Assembly (NCBI GenBank): GCA_963814115.1
Contig: CAWFBS010000016.1
Span: 256,431 to 320,430 of the forward strand
Direction of reading: 5' to 3'
From: an uncultured Chloroflexia bacterium
GTDB taxonomy: Bacteria > Chloroflexota > Limnocylindria > Limnocylindrales > CSP1-4
Length of the DNA: 64,000 bases
Made by a program: the position numbers and the translations under genes. Of the stretch, positions 1 to 9,262 are shown one piece after another. Under the pieces are notes generated by a model, which was not told the origin of the DNA, did not search any database, and saw only the letters and a list, made by a program, of their open reading frames with translations. Position 1 is the first letter of the stretch. Each line of letters opens with the position of its first letter.

Positions 1-32
1 CCGGAACGCTCGACCGATCCCGGGGTGCGATC

Positions 33-2093
33 ATGGCCGACATGAGTGAGACGTTCGATTTCGACCGCATGTTGGCCCTTCCGCGCCTATCGTCCCTTCG
101 GCTCAGTCCGGACGGGAGCCGCCTCGTGGTGTCCGTGGCCCGGCCGGACCCGGAGGGCAAGAAGATGGCCGCCTCGCTGTGGCAGGTGGACCCGGCCGAC
201 TCCCGGCCGGCCCGCCGGCTGACCCGTTCCGTCGCGGGCGAGGCTGGTGCGACGGCGTTCCTCCCGGACGGCTCGCTCTTGTTCACCTCGAGCCGGCCGG
301 ATCCCGATGCAAAGCCCAACCCGGGGCCGTCCGCATCGGACAAGCCGATCCACGCGCTGTGGCTGCTGCCGCCCGACGGGGGCGAGGCGCGTCTCCTCGT
401 CGCGCCCGAGGGGGGCGTGGAAGGTCTGGCGGTGGCCCGCCGGGCACCGGTCGTGGCGTTCGGAAGCAGGCTGCACGTCGGGGCGGCCACGTTCGCCGAG
501 GACGCCGAGCGCACGAAGGCCCGCCGCGAGGCCGGCGTGACCGCCCTGCTCTTCGAGGACGACTACCCGGTCCGTCACTGGGACCACTGGCTCGATCCGC
601 GTCGCCATCTCTTCGCCGCCGGCCTGCCCGCCGGGCCCGAGGCACGCCTTGCGGACGCCCGCGACCTGGAGCCCGGTGCGTCGACGCTGGCATTCGAAGA
701 GACCGGCGCCGACCTCACGCCCGACGGCCGGACGGTGATCGCCGCGCGCCACGACACGGGCAGGATCCCCGAGATCGGGGAGGACCTTGTCGTGTACGAC
801 CTCGCGACGGGCGAGTCACGCGTCCTGACGCCGGGCGACGCCTGGTACGACGCGCCTGCCTGCTCCCCGGACGGGCGCAGCGTGGCCGCCATCCGGGTGA
901 CCCGGGGCGCCTCGGACACCGCCCAGCGCGCCTGGCTTGTGGTCGTCGACATCGCGACCGGATCCCAACGAACGCTCGCCGGGGACCTCGACCGCTGGCC
1001 CAGCGAGCAGGTCTGGGCGCCCGATGGCCGCGCGATCTTCTTCACGGCCGACGACGAGGGGTACGCGGCGGTCTACCGGGTGGAGATCGGCGGCGACGAC
1101 GACGGCCGGGTCTCACGCCTTGCGTTCGAGGGTGCCTACTCCGACCTCTGCCCCGCACCGGACGGCGGCGCGCTCTACGCGCTGCGCTCGACGATCGGGA
1201 CGCCGCCGCGGATCGTCCGGCTCGATGCCCACGCGGTCGACCAGGTCCCGGTGGAGCTCGTCAACTCGATCGACGAGGGCGGGTTCGCCACCCCTGGCAT
1301 CGTGGAGCGGCTGACCGCGACCGCTGCCGACGGCACCCGGATCGGTTCCTGGCTGGTCCGTCCCCCCGACGCGTCCGCCGGGAAGCCGGCGCCGCTCGTC
1401 GTGTTCGTGCACGGCGGTCCGCTCGGCTCGTGGAACTCGTGGCACTGGCGCTGGAACGCGCACATCCTCGTGGCTCGCGGGTACGCCGTGCTCGGCCCGG
1501 ACCCGGCGATCTCCCTCGGCTATGGCCAGGCGATGATCCAGCGCGGCTGGGTGGACTGGAGCGGCGCGCCGTTCACGGACGTCATGGCGGCAATCGACGG
1601 GGCGCTGGAGCGGCCGGACCTGGACGCCTCGAGGACGGCGCTCATGGGCGGCTCGTTCGGCGGCTACATGGCCAACTGGGTCGCGGGGCACACGGACCGG
1701 TTCCGGGCGATCGTGACCCACGCCAGCCTGTGGGAGCTGCGCGGCTTCCACGGCACCACCGACACCGGGGCGTTCATGGAATACGAGCTGGGCGACCCCT
1801 ACCGCGACCCGGCGCGCTACATCCGCGAGTCGCCCAGCGAGCACATCGGGACGATCCGGACGCCGATGCTGGTGATCCACGGCGAACAGGATTTCCGCGT
1901 CCCGGTCAGCGAGGCGCTCCGCCTGTGGACGGACCTGCGGCGCCACGGGGTGACCGCGAAGTTCCTCTATTTCCCCGACGAGAACCACTGGATCCTGAAG
2001 CCGGCCAACGCGCGCATCTGGTACGCGACGGTCCTGGCATTCCTCGACGAGCACATCCTCGGGATCCCGTTCGAACGTCCCGCCCTGCTCTGA
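33..2093 (+). CDS. S9-family serine peptidase (prolyl oligopeptidase / acylaminoacyl-peptidase-like) with an N-terminal TolB-like beta-propeller
   Basis: 686-aa ORF. Catalytic GGSFGGYM motif and a C-terminal alpha/beta-hydrolase region (HGEQDFRVP). The N-terminal part has propeller-like repeats. Confidence 0.8.
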   Translation: MADMSETFDFDRMLALPRLSSLRLSPDGSRLVVSVARPDPEGKKMAASLWQVDPADSRPARRLTRSVAGEAGATAFLPDGSLLFTSSRPDPDAKPNPGPSASDKPIHALWLLPPDGGEARLLVAPEGGVEGLAVARRAPVVAFGSRLHVGAATFAEDAERTKARREAGVTALLFEDDYPVRHWDHWLDPRRHLFAAGLPAGPEARLADARDLEPGASTLAFEETGADLTPDGRTVIAARHDTGRIPEIGEDLVVYDLATGESRVLTPGDAWYDAPACSPDGRSVAAIRVTRGASDTAQRAWLVVVDIATGSQRTLAGDLDRWPSEQVWAPDGRAIFFTADDEGYAAVYRVEIGGDDDGRVSRLAFEGAYSDLCPAPDGGALYALRSTIGTPPRIVRLDAHAVDQVPVELVNSIDEGGFATPGIVERLTATAADGTRIGSWLVRPPDASAGKPAPLVVFVHGGPLGSWNSWHWRWNAHILVARGYAVLGPDPAISLGYGQAMIQRGWVDWSGAPFTDVMAAIDGALERPDLDASRTALMGGSFGGYMANWVAGHTDRFRAIVTHASLWELRGFHGTTDTGAFMEYELGDPYRDPARYIRESPSEHIGTIRTPMLVIHGEQDFRVPVSEALRLWTDLRRHGVTAKFLYFPDENHWILKPANARIWYATVLAFLDEHILGIPFERPALL

Positions 2094-2109
2094 AGCGGCC
2101 GAGTGCGAC

Positions 2110-2141
2110 GAGCGGCCGTCCCAGCGATCAGGACGGCCGAC
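2110..2141. terminator. GC-rich hairpin between convergent genes; candidate bidirectional terminator
   Basis: Inverted repeat GCGGCCGTCC...GGACGGCCG with a 9-nt loop, in the 110-bp gap between the peptidase (+) and the moaD-like gene (-). Confidence 0.3.
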
Positions 2142-2203
2142 GGGCAGCCGGCCGCGGGGTCAGGTCCCGAGCCGGGCGCCCCGAGCCGGCACGTCCAGGG
2201 GCC

Positions 2204-2434
2204 TTACCCGCCGCTCATCGGCGGGTAGAGGTCCAGGCGGTCGGTGTCGTCCACCTGCGCGTCGTCGAGCGGGACGACCGCCTGGTTGACTGCCGCGAGC
2301 GCGATCTCCGCCTCCGGGATCCCGAGCGCGCGGACCAGCTCGAGAAGCCCGGTGCGGGCCGCCAGGTGCACCTGGAAACGCGACCGCTTCTCTCGCTCGT
2401 AGAAGGCGAGGTGGCCGCCGAGGTGGACCTCCAT
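2204..2434 (-). CDS. MoaD/ThiS-family small sulfur-carrier-like protein
   Basis: The likely true start is MEVHLGG... (76 aa), ending in the diagnostic C-terminal Gly-Gly (..YPPMSGG). Its ATG overlaps the upstream AOR stop as TGATG. Confidence 0.6.
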   Translation of the reverse strand: MEVHLGGHLAFYEREKRSRFQVHLAARTGLLELVRALGIPEAEIALAAVNQAVVPLDDAQVDDTDRLDLYPPMSGG

Positions 2435-4395
2435 CACCCGCCGAGACCGGGTTCGCCGCCGGTCCTCGCCTGGGCGCTCCCGCCCGCGAGCGCGCCGGCG
2501 TCCGGCGGGGGGACCGTCCACTCGAGCCCGAGCGCGCGAAGGCGCTCCCCGGTGGGGGCGCCAGTGACGGGATCCCAGCCCTTGAGCAGGTACAGGTCGG
2601 TGAGCGCCTGCTCGAAGTCGGCCCGCGGGATGGATGTGCCCTCGAGCGCGCCGTTCTCCAGCGGGCTGAACATGCGGTCGGGGAGACGGTCATCGGACCG
2701 CGTAAAGCCCTCCCGGACATTGAAGACGCGCGCGAGATTGACCGCCCGCTCGCCCACGTCCAGCAGCTCGTCGGTCGTCACGTCCCAGCCGGTCGCGGCC
2801 CGCACGGCCGTCACCACGTCCGCAACCTGGATCATCGACCGCGGCGCAGGCCCGAAGAAGCACAGGCCCAGGACCTTCTCCGCGCTGTTCCAGCGCTCGC
2901 TCGTGTGCCAGATCCGGACCTTCTTCTCGCCGAGGTCCAGCACGCCGGTGGGCTCGTTGATCCCGAGGTCGGCGACGGACTGGAACGGCACCGAATCCGG
3001 CTTCACGAACAGTGGGTCGTGGAAGCCGACCAGGTGGTCGGCCCCGGCCTCGTTGGTGGCGTACCCGAGGCCGACCCCCACCTTGCCCCTGGGGTCGTGC
3101 ATGGGCAGCTCCTGGCCCTTCACGTGCATGGCGAAGGCCGGGGCATCGCCGCCGATCGACTCGGCCGCCCGCCGCGATCCCTGGGCCAGCAGGTCACCGA
3201 ATCCGCTGCGCTCCGCGATGCGGACCACCAGCTCCAGCACCGCCTCAGCGTTCCCGAAGCGCAGCTCGAGGCCGTCCGTGTCGGCCGGGCCGATCAGGCC
3301 GTGCTCGAAGCACTCCATCGCGAAAGCGATCGTTCCGGCCGTGGAGATCACGTCGAGGCCAAGCTCGTTGCACAGCTCGTTCGCGCGGGCGACCGCCTGG
3401 AGGTCGCCGATGGCGCAGTCGGACCCGAATCCGGCGACCGCCTCGTATTCGGGTCCGTCGTAGGCGTTGGCGACGGTGTAACGGTCGCTGAACGCCATCT
3501 CGGGCTTGCAGCGCACGGCACACGCGTAGCAGGAGCGCGTCCCGCTGCGCAGGCCCAGGTAGGCGTCGAAGTTGATCTCCTCGACGCGCTCGAAGGAGCC
3601 CTGCCGGAAGTTGCGGGTGGGGAGGATCCCGCCGGCGTTCATGGCGTCGGTCAGCCCGGGTGTGCCCTTCGTGCGCAGGTCCCAGCTCTGGGCGTGATCC
3701 GGGACCCGCTTCGCCAGGCGCCTGCCGAGCTCGGCCAGGGCCGCCGGGTCGTGCGCCAGGTCCGCGTACCGGCGACTGCCACGCACTGCGATGGCACGCA
3801 GGTTCTTCGAGCCCATCACGGCACCCATGCCGGTCCGCCCGTTGTAGTGGCGGAGCTCGTTCATGAGCATCGCGTAGCGGACCTGGTGCTCGCCGGCGCG
3901 CCCGATCTGCAGGACGCGGACCAGGCGGTCGTCCAGCTCCGCGCGGATCGCCTCCTGCACCGCGGCAGGATCCCGGCCCCAGAGGTGGCGCGCGTCGCGG
4001 ATCTCGGCCGCACCATCCTGTAGCGCGAGATAGACGGGATCGGGCGACCGGCCCGTGATGATGATGGCGTCGAGGCCGGCCATCTTGAGCTCCGGGCCCC
4101 AGTACCCGCCCGCCTCCGATTCCCCGAACCCGCCGGTGAGCGGCGAGCGGGCGATCGCGTTGAAGCGCGTCGCGGTCGAGATCGGCGCACCGGTCAGCAG
4201 CCCGGTCGCGAGGATCAGGACGTTCTCCGGGCCCAGCGGATCGCTTCCCGGTTGGAGCTCCCGGAGCAGGTGGTAGGCGGCCAGCGCCTTGCCGCCCGGA
4301 TAGCGGCGGTAGAAGTCCTCGTCGAAGGAGTCCGTTGAGATCGACCCGGTCGTGAGGTCGACCCGCAGGATCGTCCCGTTGGTCCCGTGGCGCAT
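2434..4395 (-). CDS. Tungsten-type aldehyde:ferredoxin oxidoreductase (AOR family)
   Basis: The N-terminus MRHGTNGTILRVDLTTGSIS... is a typical AOR N-terminal domain, with full-length similarity pattern. There is a GGAG ribosome-binding site upstream of the ATG at 4395. The longer ORF extension to 4512 looks like non-coding read-through. Confidence 0.85.
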   Translation of the reverse strand: MRHGTNGTILRVDLTTGSISTDSFDEDFYRRYPGGKALAAYHLLRELQPGSDPLGPENVLILATGLLTGAPISTATRFNAIARSPLTGGFGESEAGGYWGPELKMAGLDAIIITGRSPDPVYLALQDGAAEIRDARHLWGRDPAAVQEAIRAELDDRLVRVLQIGRAGEHQVRYAMLMNELRHYNGRTGMGAVMGSKNLRAIAVRGSRRYADLAHDPAALAELGRRLAKRVPDHAQSWDLRTKGTPGLTDAMNAGGILPTRNFRQGSFERVEEINFDAYLGLRSGTRSCYACAVRCKPEMAFSDRYTVANAYDGPEYEAVAGFGSDCAIGDLQAVARANELCNELGLDVISTAGTIAFAMECFEHGLIGPADTDGLELRFGNAEAVLELVVRIAERSGFGDLLAQGSRRAAESIGGDAPAFAMHVKGQELPMHDPRGKVGVGLGYATNEAGADHLVGFHDPLFVKPDSVPFQSVADLGINEPTGVLDLGEKKVRIWHTSERWNSAEKVLGLCFFGPAPRSMIQVADVVTAVRAATGWDVTTDELLDVGERAVNLARVFNVREGFTRSDDRLPDRMFSPLENGALEGTSIPRADFEQALTDLYLLKGWDPVTGAPTGERLRALGLEWTVPPPDAGALAGGSAQARTGGEPGLGG

Positions 4396-4489
4396 CGGCA
4401 GGCTCCATCGCCTCGGCTCGTGGGCCGGTGGATCATCAGCCGAGCACGCCTGCGGATCCCGACCCGGACCGGGCTCGCCGCCCATTGTG

Positions 4490-5140
4490 TCAGCCGGCGG
4501 GGAGCGGCGCACCCTCCAGCGGGGTTCCGAGCCGCGTGTCCGCCCGGTCCGGGTGGCCGGCTTCCCACGCCCGGATCTCCCCGAGCTTGTCCATCACGTA
4601 GCCGATCTCGTCCGTGCCGGCGAGCAGCATCCGCTTGGCGAACGGGTCGATCGTGAACTCGATCGTGGTGCCGTCGGGAAGGAGGATGCCCTCCTCGGCC
4701 AGGTCCACCGTGAGCTGGGCTTCGGGGTCGGCCGCGACCAGTTCGAAGAGCCGGGCGTGGGTGGCCACATCCACGACCACGGGCAGGACGCCGTTCTTCA
4801 GCGCGTTGCTGCGGAAGATGTCGGCGTAGGAGGTGGACAGGATCGTCCGGATCCCCCACGCGGCGAGCGCCCACGGGGCGTGCTCGCGGGAGGAGCCGGC
4901 CCCGAAATTGCCACCGACCAGCAGGATCTGGCGGCCTGCCATACCTGGCTGGTCCAGAACGAAGCGGGGCTCGCGGAGCGTGCCGTCCTCGTTGAAGCGC
5001 CAGTCGCGGAAGAGCGCATCCGCGAGGCCGGCCTTGTCGGTGACCTTCAGGTAGCGGGCGGGGACCACCTGGTCCGTGTCGACGTTCTCCTCGCGCAGCG
5101 GGACGACCCGGCTGGTGAACTGGCGGAACGGCTCGCTCAT
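4490..5140 (-). CDS. leuD: 3-isopropylmalate dehydratase small subunit
   Basis: MSEPFRQFTSRVVPLREENVDTDQVVPARYLK... is a classic LeuD N-terminus. The gene starts 3 nt after the leuC stop. Confidence 0.85.
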   Translation of the reverse strand: MSEPFRQFTSRVVPLREENVDTDQVVPARYLKVTDKAGLADALFRDWRFNEDGTLREPRFVLDQPGMAGRQILLVGGNFGAGSSREHAPWALAAWGIRTILSTSYADIFRSNALKNGVLPVVVDVATHARLFELVAADPEAQLTVDLAEEGILLPDGTTIEFTIDPFAKRMLLAGTDEIGYVMDKLGEIRAWEAGHPDRADTRLGTPLEGAPLPAG

Positions 5141-5142
5141 CC

Positions 5143-6592
5143 TCAATACCCTCGGCCGACCGCGACCGGCTGCTCCAAACCAGGGAGCGTGCGCGGATCG
5201 GTCACGACGCCGCTGAGCGCGCTGGCGGCGGCGGTCATCGGCGAGGCGAGGAACGTCCGGCCGCCCTTCCCTTGGCGTCCCTCGAAGTTGCGGTTGCTGG
5301 TGCTGATGGCGTACTGGCCGGGCCGCAGCTGGTCCCCGTTCATGGCGATGCACATGGAACAGCCGGCTTCGCGCCACTCCGCGCCGGCCGCGCGGAACAC
5401 GTCGTGGAGCCCCTCCCGTTCCGCCTGGGCCTTCACCTGCTGGGAGCCGGGGACGACCATGAGGCGCACGCCCTCGGCGACGTGCCGCCCGCGCAGGACG
5501 CCCGCCGCCAGCCGCAGGTCGCTGATCCGGCTGTTCGTGCAGCTGCCGATGAACACGACGTCAACCGGCTGGCCGGCGATGGCCTGGCCGGGCCGCAGAT
5601 CCATGTACGCCAGGGCGTGCTCCAGCGCGCGGCGGGCGGCAGGATCGGTGGCGTCCGCGGGATCCGGGACATGCCCGCTCACGGGGATCCCCATCCCGGG
5701 GTTCGTGCCGTAGGTGACCATCGGCTCGAGCGTGTCCGCGTCGAGGGTGATCGAGCGGTCGAAGACGGCGCCGTCGTCCGAGGGAAGGGTGCGCCAGCGT
5801 GCAACTGCCGCGTCCCAGGCGGGTCCCTGCGGGGCGTGCCGGCGGCCGTGGAGGTACGACGAACGTCGTGTCGTCCGGCGCGATGAGGCCGGCCCGCGCG
5901 CCGCCCTCGATGCTCATGTTGCAGATCGTCATCCGCTCCTCCATCGAGAGGGCTCGGATGGCGCCGCCGCGATACTCGAAGACGTGGCCCGTTCCGCCGC
6001 CGATCCCGATCCGGGCGATGAGCGCGAGGATGATGTCCTTGGCGCCGACGCCCGGCCGCAGGCGGCCGTCGACGCGGACCTCGTACGTCTTCGGATCGCG
6101 CTGGAGGAGTGTCTGGGTGGCGAGCACCATCTCCACTTCGCTCGTCCCGATCCCGAACGCGAGCGCCCCGAAGGCGCCATGGGTGGCCGTGTGGCTGTCG
6201 CCGCACACGATCGTCATGCCCGGCTGGGTCAGGCCCAGCTCCGGCCCGATCACGTGGACGATCCCCTGCGTGTCCGATCCCAGGGCGTGGAGCGGGATGC
6301 CGAACTGGGTGCAGTTGTCGGTGAGCTGCGCGATCTGGGCTGCGGCCATCTGGTCCACGATCGGGAGCCCGCGTGGCGTGGTGGGCGTGGAGTGGTCCGC
6401 GGTCGCCACCGTGCGATCCGGCCGGCGCACATGAAGGCCCCGCTCGCGCAGGCCGGTGAACGCCTGGGGGCTGGTGACCTCGTGGACGAGGTGGAGATCA
6501 ATCGCGAGGACGGCGGGTGAGCCTTCGTCCTGCGCGACGACGTGGTCGTCCCAGATCTTCTCGACGAGGGTGCGGGGTCGCAGGTCGGACAC
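5143..6592 (-). CDS. leuC: 3-isopropylmalate dehydratase large subunit, with an apparent +1 frameshift near 5855-5865
   Basis: The N-terminal part (EKIWDDHVV...[13 protein letters not shown]...APDDTTF) and the C-terminal part ([21 protein letters not shown]...[13 protein letters not shown]...CSMCIAMN) lie in different frames. Both are strongly LeuC-like. The break falls between TTF and YLHG. The GTG start at 6592 is tentative. Confidence 0.75.
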
Positions 6593-6781
6593 GATGCTCC
6601 ATCGGCTGCGGGTGCGGGGCAAGAGCGTAGCAAAGACGGCTCCTCCGGTCGCCGGGGACGTCCACGAGGGCTGCCGTACGAAAGTCCTGTCGCGGCAGGA
6701 CCATGGGGCGAGTGCCCGAACGCACCATTCCTGCGAGAACCTCGACGGCGGCCCGACGTCCGGGCCTCTCAGGATGTTCGA

Positions 6782-8512
6782 ATGCCGTTGCCTGCTGACC
6801 CCGCCGTCGCGCCCACGCTGCCCCCGCACGAGAGCGGGCATGTCCCCGAGCTTCGGCTCATGCGGATCCGGCTCCTGCTCGTCGTGGGAGCCACGTCCGT
6901 CATCGCCCTCTTTGTTGGGGCTGGGCTCGTGGCGCTCGGCGTGCCCGGCCTGGGTCCGCTCGTCGCGACGCTCTTCGGCGCCGCGCCAGGGGTGGCAGTC
7001 GTGGGTCTCCCCGTCGCGTTTGTGCTCGCGATCATCCTGGTCGCCTGGCTGGCTCGCGCGGTGATCCGGCCGGCGGAGCAGCTCGCCGCGTCGCGCCATG
7101 ACCTCGGCACGCTCTACGAATCGGCCCGGAACCGTGCGCTCGAGGACTCGCTCACGGGACTGGCGAACCACCGTGCCTTCCAGGAGGAGTTCGAGAGCCT
7201 GCTCGCACTCAGCGCCCGACACCGGCTGGACCTGGCCCTTCTTCTCATCGACGTGGACGATTTCAAGACTGTCAACGACTCGGCCGGTCACGCCGTCGGC
7301 GACGACCTGCTGGTGGAGATGGGCCGAATCCTGCGGAGCCAGCTCCGCGCCTCCGATCGACCGTTCCGGATCGGGGGAGATGAGTTCGCCGTTCTCCTGC
7401 CGCATACGGACGCGGATAACGCGAAGCTCGTCGCGAACCGGCTCCTCGCCGCGTGCGTCGAGCCGCGCGCTACGGGGGAGTTCCGCCGCGGTTTCGCCTT
7501 CTCAGCCGGGGTCACCGCGGCACCCTCGTTCGCGACCGGTCGCGACCAGCTCCTGGGCCAGGCGGACGAGGCCCTCTACCGGGCGAAGCGAGATGGGCGC
7601 TGCCTGGTCCAAGTCTTCGACCCGGCCGCGAGCAAGGCGACGCTCAGCATCCGTGTCCTCAACGAGCGCTCGGCGGCCGTCGCCGACGTGCTGAACGGCG
7701 GCGGCCTGCGACCGGTCTTCCAGCCCGTCATCGACCTCCGGAACGGCGAGGTGCTTGCCTTCGAGGGCCTCACTCGGCTCCCCGAGGGCGCGCCCTTCCG
7801 CGACCCAGGCGTGCTCTTCGAGGCGGCCGAGGCCGCCGGGCGAACCTACGAGCTGGACCTTGCCTGCATCGCGTCCATCCTCAACGGCGCCCGGACGATC
7901 GATCGCCGGATCGGGCTCAGCCTCAACCTGTCGCCGCGCACGCTCGAGACGCCCGAGTTTGCGCCAGAGCCGTTCGTGGCCCGACTGTCGATGGCCGGCT
8001 GGGACCCGCGTCGGATCATCATCGAGCTCACCGAGCGGGATGCGGTCCAGGACATCGACCGGCTGAGTCGCGTCCTGGACCGGCTGCGGGCGACCGGGCT
8101 GCGGATCGCCGCCGATGACGTCGGCGCCGGGAACGCCGGCCTGCGGCTGCTGAGCCAGATCCACTTCGACATCGTCAAGCTCGACCTGGCGCTGGTCCAG
8201 GACGGAGCCCGGAGGGGGACCTCGCTCGACGTGGTCCGGTCCATCGCGGACCTGGCGGCACGCTGGGGCGCAATGGTGATCGCGGAAGGCCTCGAGACCC
8301 CGCACCAGCTGCGGCTCATCCGGAGCCTCCCGATCGCGGCGGCGCAGGGGTATCTGCTGGGCCGTCCGGCGACGGTCCCCGAGCAACGCTCGATCGACCT
8401 CGACGCCCTCGAGGCCGGTGCCATAGGCGCCCCGGAAGCCTCGACCACGCCGGGGATCGGCGAGTTCGAGCGACTCGTGGCGCTGCGGCAGGCGGTCAGG
8501 AAGTCCGCGTAG
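6782..8512 (+). CDS. Membrane-anchored GGDEF-EAL protein (diguanylate cyclase / c-di-GMP phosphodiesterase)
   Basis: N-terminal transmembrane helices, then a GGDEF domain ([11 protein letters not shown]) and an EAL domain (FQPVIDL...[14 protein letters not shown]). The start at MPLPADP is tentative; the upstream part of the ORF is non-coding-like. Confidence 0.8.
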   Translation: MPLPADPAVAPTLPPHESGHVPELRLMRIRLLLVVGATSVIALFVGAGLVALGVPGLGPLVATLFGAAPGVAVVGLPVAFVLAIILVAWLARAVIRPAEQLAASRHDLGTLYESARNRALEDSLTGLANHRAFQEEFESLLALSARHRLDLALLLIDVDDFKTVNDSAGHAVGDDLLVEMGRILRSQLRASDRPFRIGGDEFAVLLPHTDADNAKLVANRLLAACVEPRATGEFRRGFAFSAGVTAAPSFATGRDQLLGQADEALYRAKRDGRCLVQVFDPAASKATLSIRVLNERSAAVADVLNGGGLRPVFQPVIDLRNGEVLAFEGLTRLPEGAPFRDPGVLFEAAEAAGRTYELDLACIASILNGARTIDRRIGLSLNLSPRTLETPEFAPEPFVARLSMAGWDPRRIIIELTERDAVQDIDRLSRVLDRLRATGLRIAADDVGAGNAGLRLLSQIHFDIVKLDLALVQDGARRGTSLDVVRSIADLAARWGAMVIAEGLETPHQLRLIRSLPIAAAQGYLLGRPATVPEQRSIDLDALEAGAIGAPEASTTPGIGEFERLVALRQAVRKSA

Positions 8513-8520
8513 CATCGGCG

Positions 8521-8560
8521 CACCCGCGGTCAAGCGCACCCGCGCACCCGCGCACCCGCG
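8521..8560. repeat. Short direct repeat (GCGCACCCGC, three copies)
   Basis: The sequence cacccgcggtcaagcgcacccgcgcacccgcgcacccgcg lies just downstream of the GGDEF-EAL stop. Confidence 0.3.
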
Positions 8561-9009
8561 CCGTCCAGCTGTCACCTACGAACCGGGGCGCTGCGCTCGG
8601 GGTCCCGTGGCCAACACCTTGCCGTCGACGAACGGAGTTGCTGCCAACCTGACCCCGGCGCACCCTCCTGCCGTCGCCGTGAGCTGCAGTGCGTGTCCCC
8701 TCGCTCGCCACTCGCTCCGGCAGCGGGTGCGGGGACGGCACCATCTGTCGCATCGCGCTCCCGCAATCACTCCGTTCGTATTGGACACCAAGCGGCCGCT
8801 CGCGCCGTCGCCGAGCCGACGGTCGCGGACACGCATCCGGCGCCGAGTGACGCCGCGATGACGTCGATGCGTTGACGAAGTCGCGAAGCCTGCTATCCTT
8901 CGCGAACCGTCGCAGGCGCGTCGGACGAAGCCGGAGCCGCCAGTTGGGCTACCTCGATCGGCAGGATCGCCGCCCCGTCGCTGTCCTCGTGACGAGCGAT
9001 GGCCGCCGC

Positions 9010-9147
9010 GTGACCGTACCGCTCGACGAGCTCGAGCCCGATTCCGGCCAGGTATCTCTGCGCTCTCTTCTCCTCTCCCTTCTTGGCCTTCTGGGCCTTA
9101 TTACCGGCTCCCGGCAGGAGCCTGGAGGGCGAAGGACGGAGCGCTGA
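9010..9147 (+). promoter_or_regulatory. Candidate leader peptide (attenuator) rich in Leu codons
   Basis: The frame encodes ...VSLRSLLLSLLGLLGLITGS... There are 9 Leu and 1 Ile in 16 codons, and five of the Leu codons are CTT, which is normally disfavoured at this GC content. The frame ends at the TGA at 9145-9147, about 30 nt before a terminator hairpin. The start codon is uncertain (GTG at 9010?). Confidence 0.3.
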
Positions 9148-9175
9148 GGCGCAACGCCACCGAACCTACAGGACC

Positions 9176-9203
9176 CTCGCCGGGAGACCGGCGGGGGTTT
9201 TTC
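9176..9203 (+). terminator. Intrinsic terminator (attenuator) upstream of ilvB
   Basis: Stem CGCCGG, loop GAGA, stem CCGGCG, followed by GGGG and TTTTT on the + strand, 60 nt before the ilvB ATG. Confidence 0.5.
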
Positions 9204-9262
9204 ATTGTCGCCCGATCGGCGTGCCCGGCCCGGCGGCGGGATCCACGGAGGAAGCGAGGACC

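Noticed and set aside
179-3463. A 1094-aa ORF on the + strand, spanning and extending beyond the peptidase gene
   Set aside because: It is an alternative frame of high-GC DNA with Arg/Pro/Gly-rich composition and no motifs. The in-frame peptidase and the minus-strand AOR explain the region.
8872-9147. A 91-aa ORF upstream of ilvB taken as a bona fide protein
   Set aside because: No start-proximal ribosome-binding site and mostly low-complexity composition. Only its 3' Leu-codon tract next to the terminator is interpreted, as a possible attenuator leader.
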